Shown here piece by piece: positions 11,836-24,287 of a stretch of 64,000 nucleotides of DNA. Source of the stretch: Callorhinchus milii (lineage: Eukaryota); NCBI RefSeq assembly GCF_018977255.1, contig NW_024704742.1:6882001-6946000 (forward strand), written 5' to 3'. Each line of letters begins with the position of its first letter. The stretch's first letter is position 1. Made by a program: the position numbers and the translations under genes. Below the pieces are notes generated by a model. The model was not told the DNA's origin, made no database searches, and saw only the letters and a program-made list of their open reading frames with translations.

Positions 11836-12647
11836 TAGGCATTGGAAGACATTGATTCATTTGTTTGCATAATACGGGCTGCAGGGAGGTCAGTCCAACT
11901 CACCCTATTCCAATTGGTGGAAAAAAGTAAGCTTGCTCAAAGGTTTGTTGCAATTGGTGTCCGTTTGAGCTTTCTTCGTAAGGTCAAAGGAATGTTAACC
12001 CCATTTGCCTAAATAAATCACCCGCAAAATACACAGTCAATTCACTTTATAGTATATTCTGCGAGACCGTTGGATAGCACACTTCTCCAATCAATAGACC
12101 CAGTTAATGTTGTACAGGTACCAAAGTGGCAAAGGACTGCTGAACCATGAATATCGCAGGCTCCTTTTACACCGTGGTTCTCAATTTCATATTACTGTTC
12201 AATCTTCAACGGTGCTCAAAGTCTGAATAATACTGTACAGAATTCAATGTTCGTACTTTGCAGGTAGAAACTAGAGTAACATCTGTAGACGCTACTGCAG
12301 TAAAAGCACAAGGTGAAAGAGACTGGGCTCGACAGTAACGGGCTGGAATGACTTAGAAACACTCAGCAGCTCTGTCCTTCCGCAGATTTCTGTCACATTT
12401 GACACAAAAACAACATTCCAATTCCAATAACAACAACTTGCATTTATATAGTCCCGTCACGTGGGATAAGTGTCCCAGAGCGTTTCCAAGAGGCCTTAAT
12501 GCTTCCAAAACATCACCCAGGTTATGAGGTCCAACGTGGCGAGTTTGAGATTATTAATTTAATCAATCTATCCAACTAACTCCATTAATCAGCTAAAGTA
12601 TGTGAATCACCAGCATAGGCTATACACATGCGTCCTGTTGCGTTTAC

Positions 12648-12822
12648 CTGAATCCATGGCAATGACGGTCATGATATACTGTGCTGTTGTCTCACGATCC
12701 AGGCGCTGGACCAGGCTGAGTTGTCCATCAGGCGTCAAAGTAAAAGCCCCGTCTTCATTTCCATCTACAATGGTGTAAGTCAACTGACTGTTCAGTCCTT
12801 GATCATCGTCACGAGCCACAAC
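12648..12822 (-). CDS. FAT4: FAT4 internal coding exon (175 nt, phase 0-1)
   Basis: Encodes VVARDDDQGLNSQLTYTIVDGNEDGAFTLTPDGQLSLVQRLDRETTAQYIMTVIAMDS. Acceptor tgtgtag, donor GTAAAC. Confidence 0.95.
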
Positions 12823-13020
12823 CTACACAAACACACAAAGCACATAAATCCAGGGATAAATTATATTGACTCGAAACTCAGAGGCAATTTGCAATATCTC
12901 ATGTTGAGTACGATGTGGTTGTCATTCTTTTGAACATCTATATGGACGTAGGAGTCAAAAAGAGACAAGAGATTATTCTGTTCCATGCATTTCAATGAAG
13001 TGGATAAGATGTTGAACTGA

Positions 13021-13204
13021 TAATAATAATCATAATTCTTGTATTTGATATAGTGCCTTATCAAGTCTTCGAGACGTCTCAAAGCGCTTCACAGAATATA
13101 CTGTAAAGTGCTGTGACTGTGTATTTTGTGAGCGAAATGTGCCAGCCAACTGTGCGCAGCAGCGTCTCACAAACAGTTGTGGATTGAGCGACCAAATTAT
13201 TATT
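13021..13204 (-). mobile_element. SINE family A 3' half
   Basis: Near-consensus body and type-1 tail (tgagacgtctcgaagac). Confidence 0.88.
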
Positions 13205-13654
13205 CATTTGTTATTAGATCTCAGTTTTATTTCAAATCCACTTCATAGAGTACCTGGATATTGAAGATCGTTTGACACTATTCAAAAAGAGAAGGAGGTT
13301 TTGTTAGGCATCCTGGCCGACAATCCCCCAGATTAATCAGACATTCACCTTAGAGTTACTTGCAGGAAAGACGTTGCTGGCACAAGCAGCTAATTTTGTT
13401 TGCTCACAAAAAAGCACTTGATCTTCAGCTTTAAACGTTAAGCTGGTGTCTCAGGTTAACCAGCTCTAAGATGCTGAGATCCACAGGGCAGCAGGTTCAA
13501 CAGTGCTGTGGACAGCTCAATGATTATCACAGGCGGCTATGGTCACAATAAGTTGTACAGAGTCGGAGGTNGGGGGTTAGGGGGAGGGTGTTCACCCACG
13601 GCCAGTCATCAACTGGGACATTGGCAGGAGTGTAATGGCCGGTGTCTTCAGTGA

Positions 13655-13768
13655 AAATTTCACCCACAAAATAGAGTCAATTCACTTTACAGTATATTCT
13701 GTGAAGCGCTTTGAGACGTCTCGAAGACGTGATAAGGCGCTATATCAAATGCAAGGATTATTTATTAT
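13655..13768 (+). mobile_element. SINE 3' tail fragment
   Basis: cacccacaaaatagagtcaattcactttacagtatattctgtgaagcgctttgagacgtctcgaagacgtgataaggcgctatatcaaatgcaaggatta. Confidence 0.88.
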
Positions 13769-14157
13769 AAACTGAATGCCACATTCTTCATCCCTACATA
13801 TTGTACAAAGGCTTGGCAATCAGTTTCAGCCAATAAATTTGGTCTGAAAATTCTATTGTTGTGAACTGATCGAGCTTGGCACTCCTACGTTACGACACTA
13901 AGCAAAACTTTGAATGAATTGCTATCTTGAGATGACTGCCAACATCTGCTATCCCAATTGGTTTGGGGCTCAGCAGTGCATAGGAAAATCAAAAAAACAA
14001 AAAAAAATCACTTTGAAACACTTGTCTGGGTTCAGTCAATGAATCGTTTTGAGCGCAAAATGTTTGTACGAACAGCTTGGAATGTTAACCACCCCATCTG
14101 GCTAATTCCAGCCACATGTTTTTTTTAAAAAGGGGGCTGTGTTAGAGTAGCACCAAC

Positions 14158-15080
14158 CTGCAGGGTGGACTTTGGCAGATGCTGCACGTTCTCCTCCACA
14201 TGCACCGTGTAGGGAGACAGTTCAAAGGATGGTACAAAATCGTTCATGTCTGTGAGATTTATATTGACCAGAACTGTGGCCATCTGTGGGCTGCTTCCAC
14301 GGTCACTGGCTCGCACAGTCAATGAGTACGAAGGCTTTGTCTCCCGGTCGAGTTGCTTCGCGACTGATATCATACCAGTAACGGAATCGATTCGGAAATC
14401 ATTGTTCAGATTGCCACTCATAAGAGTGTAGCGGACCTGCCCATTATTGCCTTCATCCGCGTCGGTGGCACAAACTTGAACGAGATCGATGCCGCTCAGT
14501 GTGTTTTCACTGATCTCTACCTTGTAGCCAGGCTGCTGGAAGACCGGCACATTATCATTCACATCCAGTACAATAACTGTAATGTCCATAGAGGAGGAGA
14601 GAGATGGCTGACCCTTGTCTGTGGCGATCACGGTCAAAGTGTAATTGGAAATGTCTTCCCTGTCCAGTTGGCCTGTCAGTCGTAGCTCTCCATCGATGGT
14701 TCCGATACTGAACTTGGTCCCTGAAGACATCCGCAGGGTGTACTCTACATAGCTGTTGGGTCCGCTGTCGGGATCAGTGGCTTGGGCTTTGTAGACAATT
14801 GTGTTCAGCGGAGAGTTTTCCTGTACGTAGGTCATCTTGGAGGAAATAAACCTTGGCGGGCTATCGTTGACGTCGAGCAGAATAACAGATACCTGCGCTG
14901 TGCTCGTGAGCCGGATGCCCGGGGTCTCAGCTAAGTCATGAGCCCTAATAATCAGGTTATAGAATGACTGACTTTCCCGATCCATTTGTTGCTCAACACT
15001 CAGAATGCCGTCGCTGCTGATACTGAAATGATCCAAAGAGTCGCCCGAAGCAATGGTGTACGCCAACTGAGAATTGGGTC
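14158..15080 (-). CDS. FAT4: FAT4 internal coding exon (923 nt, phase 1-0), about three cadherin repeats
   Basis: Lies within ORF 14125..15135: (G)PNSQLAYTIASGDSL...DRESQSFYNL...KAQATDPDSGPNSYVEY...FRIDSVTG...NDFVPSFELSPY...LPKSTLQ. Acceptor ttgacag, donor GTTGGT. Confidence 0.97.
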
Positions 15081-17714
15081 CTGTCAATAGAAAAGAAGTA
15101 AACAACGCTCTGAGTACGTTGCATTGCTGACACATAGCAATTCAGATATTAGTCCACTTAAATTCATGTGAAATTGTGCACAAGAGTGGTTCAGATGAAA
15201 AAAAAGGCCTTTTTGTTCCATTTTGGTCCAAGATCACAACATTGATTTGGATGAAGAAGGCCCTTTGCCTGATCTTATCCTTTCAGAATACCCACCTTAC
15301 CGTCTTCCAATCACATTAAGCTACTTTTTAAATGAGTCCAGTGACCTGCCCTCACCCACACTTATGTCAACCTATCGCTAACTGCCCTCTGAGTAAAGAA
15401 AAACTTTCTGGTGTCTGCCCTGAAATTGCCCTTTACAATTCTAACAACACATCATCTTGGCCTCAGCTACCCTTCCCGGTAAACTGCTTAAGTCGTTAAT
15501 TGACTTCTGGATTAAAACATGTATTTTCCTGGTGTTTGACTTGAAATTGCCCTTTGCAAACCTATACCTGTCCTCTCGTTCCGCTTTGGTGTATCTGAAA
15601 GCATTGTCACAGCAATACATGATTCATTCCTTATTGACCAACCACATGTATATTTCTCATAGGAATTCCTGGAATTCTATCCACTGACATTCACAAACAG
15701 CAAAATCACCGAGCCATCTAGAGCTATCATGAAGTTAATACAACCACTATACATCCAACAAAATTCAATTTACTTCATGCTGACTGTAACAGGCCAAATT
15801 ATATGTTCGACTATCACATGATTAATTAAACTCCTGTAATGCCAGTGTCCTCAGTTCCCCTTTTCTGTCATTTGTTGTAAAAACAAATTTCCCTTGGGGC
15901 TAAATGCAGTGAATATGATGTATGCTTACAATGGAATTTTCCCATGAGCAGAGGCCATTTAACTGGATGCACTTAGTGGCAAGAGGAATTTCTCACCCTC
16001 AGCCTATAACATTTCGGCAGGTCAAGGGATTTCACCACATCAAATAATCTGGAGATTTACTGTATTGGAGCTGTGCGTGCTACAAGACCAGAACATGGGT
16101 GCTGGCAGTGCAAAATGTGTAATTACTAGAAAAGGGCTTGTTTTCAAGAGTCAGATTGGAATTTAAGGGGGGCCGGGGGCGCGGGAGGTGGAAATCAGCT
16201 TTCATTCGGCCTCTGCCCTAAGCACCAAAATCCCTCGAAAAAAAAACGACTTTGAAACGTAATCCATCAGAATCCAGTCAGAAAGGATTTAGATGCAGTT
16301 TATGTGAGATAGCTTCACTGTGCAGTTATACTGAGTGCCTCAAGTATGAACGTCTTCTGCGCACACACACACACACTCCAACAAATAGTGGACTGAATCA
16401 AACACCACTGAAGATCTCGTAAAATTGCAAAAGACTCAGGGACGTAAACAGCAGTAGATTAAACCTCTCTGGACTCGGTTGGCACCAGCCTGCTTCAACC
16501 ACACGTTGCCAAACAACAACTTTGTAAATAACAGGAAATGCACAGATAACACGCGTAGTTTAATCCCTGAAGCCGAACGGTCAGACGATGCAACACAAGG
16601 GGAAAGAAATTAAAGCAAAGAGACTGGCGGGAAAAATTCTCAAATGAAATACATAAACTCAAATCAGTTTCGGATCAAAGCTCAGCTTGAAAGGAAAGAT
16701 ATGGGATCTCCAAAGGCACTTCAGCCATCTTGTCCTCGCTTTCTGCTCCATTAGTGGGCTAACTAATTAAGCACTAAGATAGGACCACCGTCCACACTCT
16801 GAGCTGACCTTTCCTTGCCCCTCTTGCCTCCACAGTAAAGCGTTGACATTTGGCTGAATAAGAACGAATGCTCGAGCATTTAGAGCAAACACTTGAGTCT
16901 CTCTTTAAGATACCCCAGGTCTACCTCCCAAAGGCCACATATGCAATCTTGATGCGAGAGCTTGGCCAGATTATGGCCTTCCCTTCGAGATGCATCACTG
17001 AACAGCCCAACAAAGTATACAATTCATCTTACACAAGGGTCGTAAGTTTGAATCCCAGGCTCCACTAGCAATTAAACTTGCCTGCCCTGTTGAGTGAGCT
17101 TTTCCAGCAGCGTTGCCACATGTGTGGTCTGAGACCCAGCAGGTTATTTACAGTTGTTTATTCTGTAATCCAGAAGAAATGCTAACCTCAGGTCCTATGG
17201 GGTCATGACTCCCATCAGTATTTTGATTGTTAAAATTCTACACTCGTTTTATCATTGTACCACACAAGCACACAGGATAAAAAGCATTACTAGCACAGAC
17301 CAACTGGGGTCAGGCACAGGAAATGTTGCATGTTACTGAGTGGCTCTGGCAAGATTCAAAGACCATCACAATATCATAGGTTAGGTTCCACTGTATTTCT
17401 GCAACTCACTGCAATGGATCCCTCTGATCTCTGATGTACAAATCAAAATGCTCCAGTGTGGTGTGATCAGCGTTCAAAAAAGATGCGTGAGGCAAAATTA
17501 TGGATGGGTGATGTGATAATTATGACCTGTGATAATCATCACATGGTTAATAAATGGCCAGTCGATAAGAAGTCTGACTTTGGATGTGACTCAAAGTGTC
17601 AGTTAGTTGGATATTGGCTTAAAGTAAACAAAAATAAATCGGAGTTAAGACAGTATCTCGCAAACCAAAACTCCAATACAATGAACTGTTGAGCAACAAG
17701 TCCGATGGCTACGT

Positions 17715-18075
17715 GGAGTCCTGTAGCTCAGAGGTTAGAGCACTCACTCACAAGCGAGAGACCTGGGTTCGATTCCCGGAGGGCGAAATGTTGGGCAAGT
17801 TTCCTTACTCCACACGCCTCTGTTTGCCTAGCAGTAAGTAGGAATCCGGTCGTTAGCCGATTGGCAGATCGCTTTTCTGGGGTAATGATTCCTTCAAATT
17901 TTTTTAAAAAACACAATAATTTGGTCACTCAACCCACAACTCTTTGTGGGACACTGCTGTATGCAATTGGCTGCCGAGTTTCACCCACAAAATAAAGTCA
18001 ATTCACTTTACAGTATATTCTGTCAAGCGCTTTGAGACGTCTCAGAGACGCGATCAAATGCAACAATTATTATTA
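17715..18075 (+). mobile_element. Full-length SINE family A long form
   Basis: GGAGTCCTGTAGCTCAGAGGTTAGAGC...GGTTCGATTCCCGG head with intact A and B boxes, then body and tail. Confidence 0.92.
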
Positions 18076-18967
18076 GTACTTTAGGCCGGGGGGAGGGGGG
18101 GGGGGGGGGAAAGGTGGTACGTTTAAAGAGGAAAGTCTTGAGGCGGACCCTGAAGGAAACAAATCAAAGGGAATTCGGGGTGGAGTTCCATAGTGTGGGG
18201 GTAAAGGCTATTAGGAATGAGATGAAGATGGCAAGAAAGAAAGGTTGAGGTCAGGACACTGGACTCATTTAAGAACAGCCTCTTAATGCTGCAATGGGAA
18301 GACAATGCGAGTCAGTACGGAATTCAGCTCACTGTGGGTTGAAGTGCCTCACTTCTCTTGTTAGATGGAAAACCAATTCCTCCACAATGCCACACATTAT
18401 CTGGTGATATTTCCAGCAGCCTTATTATTTTAATGAGTGCTCCTAAAATAAAATAATAAAAATGCAGGGTTACGTGGCCTTCTTTTTAATAAAAAAGGAG
18501 GCATGTGTAACGATACATGTGTAATTACTGTTTGTGGCAGGGCTACAAGGCAAGAGAGAAGCAACACTGGGCATAACAAAGTGAGCTCTCTGCTTACCCA
18601 TGACTATAATTGCAGTCTACTTTCTTTTTATTTGGGTACTGGCTGCACATCCCACTGGGCCTTAAACACAGATAGCAAACAGCATTTCAGGTCAAGCTAA
18701 TTACAGAGTTAATTGGGAAAAGCCAAAATGTCCGGCGTAGCATGGGCTTCGATACTTTCTGCAGGATAAGGCTTTGCTGTGGCTCAACAATGTGATACCA
18801 AATTGACCCAAGAGGTTTGTGAAAACAGTGGTGGCTCTGGCTTTGATTGTTATAAATAGCGATCTAGTGGTCTTTGCAAGGAGATATCCCATTATAAAGA
18901 CCAGTGACAAACAGTCATCAGAGGCTAGGGAAGTGAAGACTTCCTCCCGCCCACACAGAGTCTGCCT

Positions 18968-19287
18968 CTATAATAATAATAACGATAATAATAGTTCTTG
19001 CATTCGATATAGTGCCTTATCACGTCATCGAAACAACAACAACAACAAAATTACATTTATAGAGCGCCTTTCACGTCGGGAGGACGTCCCAAGTTGCTGG
19101 ACAGTCAGGGTCTCAAAGCGCTTCACAGAATTTTTGTGTAAAGTACAGTGACTATATTTGTAGGCAAACGCAACTGCCATCAATGTCCCACAAACAGCCA
19201 TAAAGTGAGTAACCAATTTTATTGGAGGGATTATTGGCCAAGACACTGGGGGAAACTCCTTCTCTTTTTGGCTATTGCGCAGGAATC
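18968..19287 (-). mobile_element. SINE (family B 3' half) with a nested L2 3' end at about 19032-19109
   Basis: The SINE tail cacgtcatcga|gtctcaaagcg is interrupted by (AAC)n...tttcacgtcgggaggacgtcccaag...ggacagtcagg, which matches the L2 end at 11213-11295. Confidence 0.8.
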
Positions 19288-22200
19288 AAAACCCCTTTCG
19301 AGGCTAGCCTCTACTGCTCTCTCTTTGTTTCTGAGTAAGGCAGCAGTAGAGGCTAGCCTCAAAAGGGAATCCATCATGATGGACATAGAAACAGAATGAA
19401 ACAGTAACAGACTCTATTTATCCTACAATCCAATTTACATTTAGATAGTGACTTTCACGTCGGGAGGACATGGGTCTCGAAGTGTTTATTGGCTGTTGTG
19501 CAAGAAGCCCAGCTCATTTGAGGCTTGCCTTAAAATCGTTTGGGACACGAAGCACAATTTTGTTTTTCTTACGCCTTCCCCTAAATGTTACCCTACTTAA
19601 AGGGCGCTATACAAATGCAAGTAGCTGTTACTGAAGAGAGGAGCCTCTGCTGGTAAACATGTGGAGAAATGAACACTAATTGTAGGAATCGGGGGGTAAG
19701 TCTGAAACCGCTACCCTGATATTTCAAACCAGTTCAGTCCCACAGAATGTTTACAGCACGGAAGAATGCCACTCGGCCCATTTTATGTGTGATGGGCTTA
19801 GCTCCTCCAACGCAATTGTGTGTTCTTATCCCATTCCCCTGCTCTTTCCTCCATAACATTTAGTACTTAGCCCATTTCAACTCGAGTGCTGTTATGGACT
19901 CAGCTTCAACAGCTTGCCTGATAGTTACAGAATTGTGCAAAGCGGATATTTATCAGGCTGTTCTACAACCATTACCGACTTGAATACTGGAACAAATCAC
20001 GCCACGACCAAAGGTTTTGTGCCCCAATCGAAATGTACAACGCACTTTGAGTTGGAGAAAATACAACATTTAGATGACCCGGTGGTGTTACACTGGTAGC
20101 TGTGAGATCCTGTTGAAACTACCATAAGAGTTTAACTCTGAAACTAGCACCTGAATTTATCTCTTAACAAAAATAAATTGAATGGGATATTCAGTGGCAT
20201 TCATACAGAAACAAATGAAATTTCTGCTAGGAATATGAAGCAAGCGGTATAGTACGCAGCTACTCCTAGCAACGTAATGCCTTGCACGTCTAATGGTACA
20301 GTACGCACTGCTGAGTTGCCTTGTGAGTTGGAGGGGAAGGAGGAAGAACATTATAGACTCACTTCAATGGCAGACAGGGCACCCATTCACACTACCAAAA
20401 TCCTGTAATAAAGCTCTTAACCCACCCTCAGCAGGGGATTGATGCTTCACTGGTACCCGTATGGTAGATGCACACTGCCAGGTCTGTTCTACAGTGGAGA
20501 CTAGGTTAGATTTGTAACAGTACATGCTTGACAGCGTAAATGGGATATAAGAACCTATTGTGTGTTGGAAGGATGAAAGACGGGAAATCTTATGAAACTC
20601 GTCCATCCTGGGGATCAGTCATGTTTGCCAATACATCACCAGAGTCTTATCTTAAGTCTGATGCTGCATTTAACACTGACTAATTAGACTAACTGGGTCA
20701 TTAAACACGAATGCTGTAAACAATTTCTTCCACTCAGAGTTTCCAATTCCCACAAATAAACAACAACCCATCAACAACCTGTCAGATCTTCATCTCTCTT
20801 CTGTCACACAAATCACAATAGGCCCATTTTGGACTTAAAACGAGGTTAACATGCCGGGAAGGAGAAACAATAATGCTTTTAGAGTTGATACAATATCTTG
20901 ATATGCACAAAAGCTGAGGATAGAGTCACTGCAGCTGAATGAGAATGTAATGTATCCATGAAACAGTTCTTTGATTTCTTTCAATTGCGTTGATTTGTTA
21001 ACCGTAAAATGGATTATTGTTTTTCTTTGAATAAATTGACATTTCTCACGCTATTTCAGTGTTCAGACACGTTGCCCTATAAGCCTACAGTTGTACTTTT
21101 AATAACGTGTTTTGTAACAAGAGGAAAAGTAATATGGTATGAAATCAACGTTAAAATTATCATCCTGACCTGGCCTCAAGCTCTCTTGATTTTCTATGGC
21201 ATACTTGACATTCCAATGTTTAAGAGTGTTTATGTGTGAAAATTAATGCTGTGTTTATATTGCGGCAAACTGCAGAGATGGTTCAAGTAGCAGCGACTCC
21301 GAGGTACCTTCAGGCAGCTGGGGTTGTGGATATTGCCTTGATTACACTGGAATTGAGAGCACCAACCGACACTGAAAAAAGTGCCCTTGTGTTGTGTAAA
21401 CGGCAATTTCATTCAGTAGCCAAGGACCTTCCTTCCCTGCTGTGTGGGAAGGTCTTACACAGACCAGCCTCTGCTTACCTGTGATCACAAAGTAATGGCA
21501 CACAGGGCAGACAGAGGCAGCCTAGCCTGTTTATCACATATTGCATTACATACCCGAAGCCTGAAATTAATATTACGTGGTTCCAGATCTTATCTACTTA
21601 TTAGCGCAAAACTAATTTCACTGCTCCCAACCCGACCCTGCAAATGTTCTTCCAGCCGTTAAGCTTTGCAGCAACGTTGGGTCTGCTCCAACTTTAGCCC
21701 AATCCAACCCAGCATAACCTCCAGCTATAAAATCTCATTTCTGCTCCCAAATCCTGAGTATATTTCTATTTACTTTGCTCGTAAATTTACATGAGGGGAT
21801 CCCAGGAATATAGTGAATTTAATTTTCCCATGGAACAAATCCGTTTAACAGTGAATGTGCGTTAATGGAAAGAAACAACAAAGCTTTTGATTTGACGACC
21901 AAAAGGATCATTTGATTTGCCATTGAGTTTTAGAAGTCTGCAATCTGTTAAAATATTGTGGTCAGTTTAGCAGTACATTCAATATATTTCATCTAATGTA
22001 CTGAATAATAATAATAAAATAATCTTTACATTTGTTACAGAGCCTTTCACGTCAGGAGGACTTTCCAAGGACTTCAAAGGATATAATGCAAGGTGCTGTG
22101 ACTGCATTTTATAGGCGAACACGCTGAAATGTGCAGAAAATGAACAAACTCTCTTGCTCGTTGCTATTTTCAATGCTGAATTCTGGTTAGACTCTTGGCA

Positions 22201-23275
22201 TTGGAATTCTTGATCATGGGTTTTAAACTTCCATTTAGTTGAGATTCTCTGAGCCAGAAATACAATGCTATAGGCACAACATCACAGATGTCACAATTGA
22301 GCATAGGATGGGGAGGGTTGGTGGTGGGGGGCTGGTGGTGTGAGAGAGAATGCCCTCTGTATACCTTGGTATATTTGACACAGTAAAATACAGCTAAAGC
22401 ACCACTTAACTGTCCTTTTCATTAACCATCTACTTTTACACCTCAAATAAGAGTACTTTTGAGGGTGAAAAAGCACTGGAATGGCATAACCATAGAACCA
22501 CTGGAAAAGGCTTGCAAAGCAAACTGTGTTATGCACACCATATCCACTTACCAAAGTGTTTAATTCCAACCTGGGGATAACATCTCACATGATGTACCTG
22601 GTCATCATGATGCTCGCGATGCTGAAGCAAGCACAGTTTATGGGCAGGGTATACTACATTGTGGTTATTCTTTTCAAACTGTTTTCAACCCCGCTCTCAA
22701 GAAAGCAGCCTATTCCTCAAATAATTCCTTCCTGCAGCCCAAAAGGATTGAATCTAACATGCAACCTTTGATTGTGTTCTCTCTTTAGTGAAGAAAACAG
22801 ACAAGATCCACAGAAAACAGACAATAGAAGACGTTGACTGAGCAAAAACTATTGCAAGAGTCACTTATGTTCAAGTTAGCAGCACAAGCAATCACAGCTG
22901 CCCCTCAAGAATCTCTGTCCATCCGAAAGATGCCATAAAAACAGGAGCAATGTAGCTTTTGATGTTGTTTCTGCTATCTGTAGAACTTTTTCCCATTCAA
23001 CGTTGTCACCGAGTAAATATGACTAGCTGAGAGGTTTATAGGAGCCAATATTATTGGCGCATTGGAAAGCTCTGGTTATTCATTGAGACCCAGCATCTGA
23101 GTAACCATCAGGGACAATGTCCTTGTTGCAATTGTGCTTGTCTATACCTTTCTCACCTTCCCCCAAAACATGCATTTTGTGTTTCTGTGCTGCTTATTAT
23201 TCTTAAAGATAACATTACCATTGGGACTTATCTGTCAACACAAAATCTGTAAACACATCTCCTGTTAGTTAATAT

Positions 23276-23450
23276 AATAATAATCCTTGCATTTGATACA
23301 ATGCCTTATCAAGTCTTCAAGACATCTCAAAGCGCTTCACAGAACATACAGTAAAGTGAATTGACTGCATATTTTGTGGGCGAAATACAGCAGCCAATTG
23401 CACACAGCAGTGTCCTACAAACAATCGTGGATTGAGTGACCAATTTATTA
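23276..23450 (-). mobile_element. SINE family A 3' half
   Basis: Matches the consensus body and tail. Adjacent CR1-like remnant at about 23455-23590. Confidence 0.85.
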
Positions 23451-24287
23451 ATATCCCTAGACTGCCCAAAGATCTGTGCACTTCTTTTAAATATATCTAT
23501 TGATTTCACCTCTATAGCTTTCTGGGTCAAAGAATTCCCCTTCTTCACAACCTCCTATGTGAAGAAATCACTTCCTGCCCTCAATTCTACTTTTTATGCA
23601 CTGCAGGAAATCAACTTCTAAATCAACAATGAATTTGAGACCATACTCCAAAATTCCATCTAAGCTGAAAATTGTTAAAAAAATCGTCTCAAACACAAGA
23701 ACATGAGAAACGTATGGCTCCAATTCTCCATACAATTAGATTTGGAGAGTCTGTATTACTTCTGTATCCCCCCCATTACAAAAAATCAGCCCCAAACTCC
23801 AACCGCAGCCCATCCCCAGATGGATTTTTCATTAAGCGACCTGGTTTTCTATGAAGAGAATACCATTCCTGGGCATTGGTTTCCCCTCACTTCATTCTTA
23901 CTGACTCATCTGGACCTAACAAGCACAAAGCAATAAGAACAGGAACACTGTGTCCCTAGTCTGATGAGTTTACAGAAACAAGACTCCCATATATATCCCC
24001 ACGTGATCCATTAATGGCTACCAAATGGCATCCTCCCTGATGTCCCTCTGCAGTCTAGGATGCTCACTGCCAGGACCTGGTGATCTTTCCACTTAGAGCT
24101 TTGTCAACCTTTTCAATACCACTTTCTTTTCGCTCTGTAATTAACCCATTGAATTGCTCCACTTTCCCCTCTGGTAGGCTTACATTCCCACTGCCTCGCT
24201 CTTCAGTGAAAATCGAGAAGAAATACTTATTGAGTAGCTGTTGGCAACTATCAGAATGGCCAGAGTATTATGTAATACAATACGCAC

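Larger units (their letters stand above)
1..12647 (-). other. FAT4: FAT4 intron (>12.6 kb, next exon not seen in the window)
   Basis: Starts at donor GTAAAC. I recognised no phase-1 exon with a DxNDN motif by eye, but a short exon could have been missed. Confidence 0.7.

Noticed and set aside
13571-13571. Ambiguous base n
   Set aside because: Assembly or sequence uncertainty, not a biological feature.
14125-15135. Stand-alone 336-aa protocadherin gene
   Set aside because: The ORF ends are intron read-through. Splice sites at 15080 and 14158 link it in frame with the other FAT4 exons.
18087-18109. Poly-G tract as a functional G-quadruplex (also 3245-3260)
   Set aside because: Both lie in the C-rich 3' region of L2 fragments on the opposite strand; homopolymer length is unreliable and nothing indicates function.
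23950-23986. CTGATGA...GAAAC hammerhead-like spacing
   Set aside because: Stem II (gtttaca) cannot pair properly, and no stem I/III with a correctly placed NUH site can be formed.
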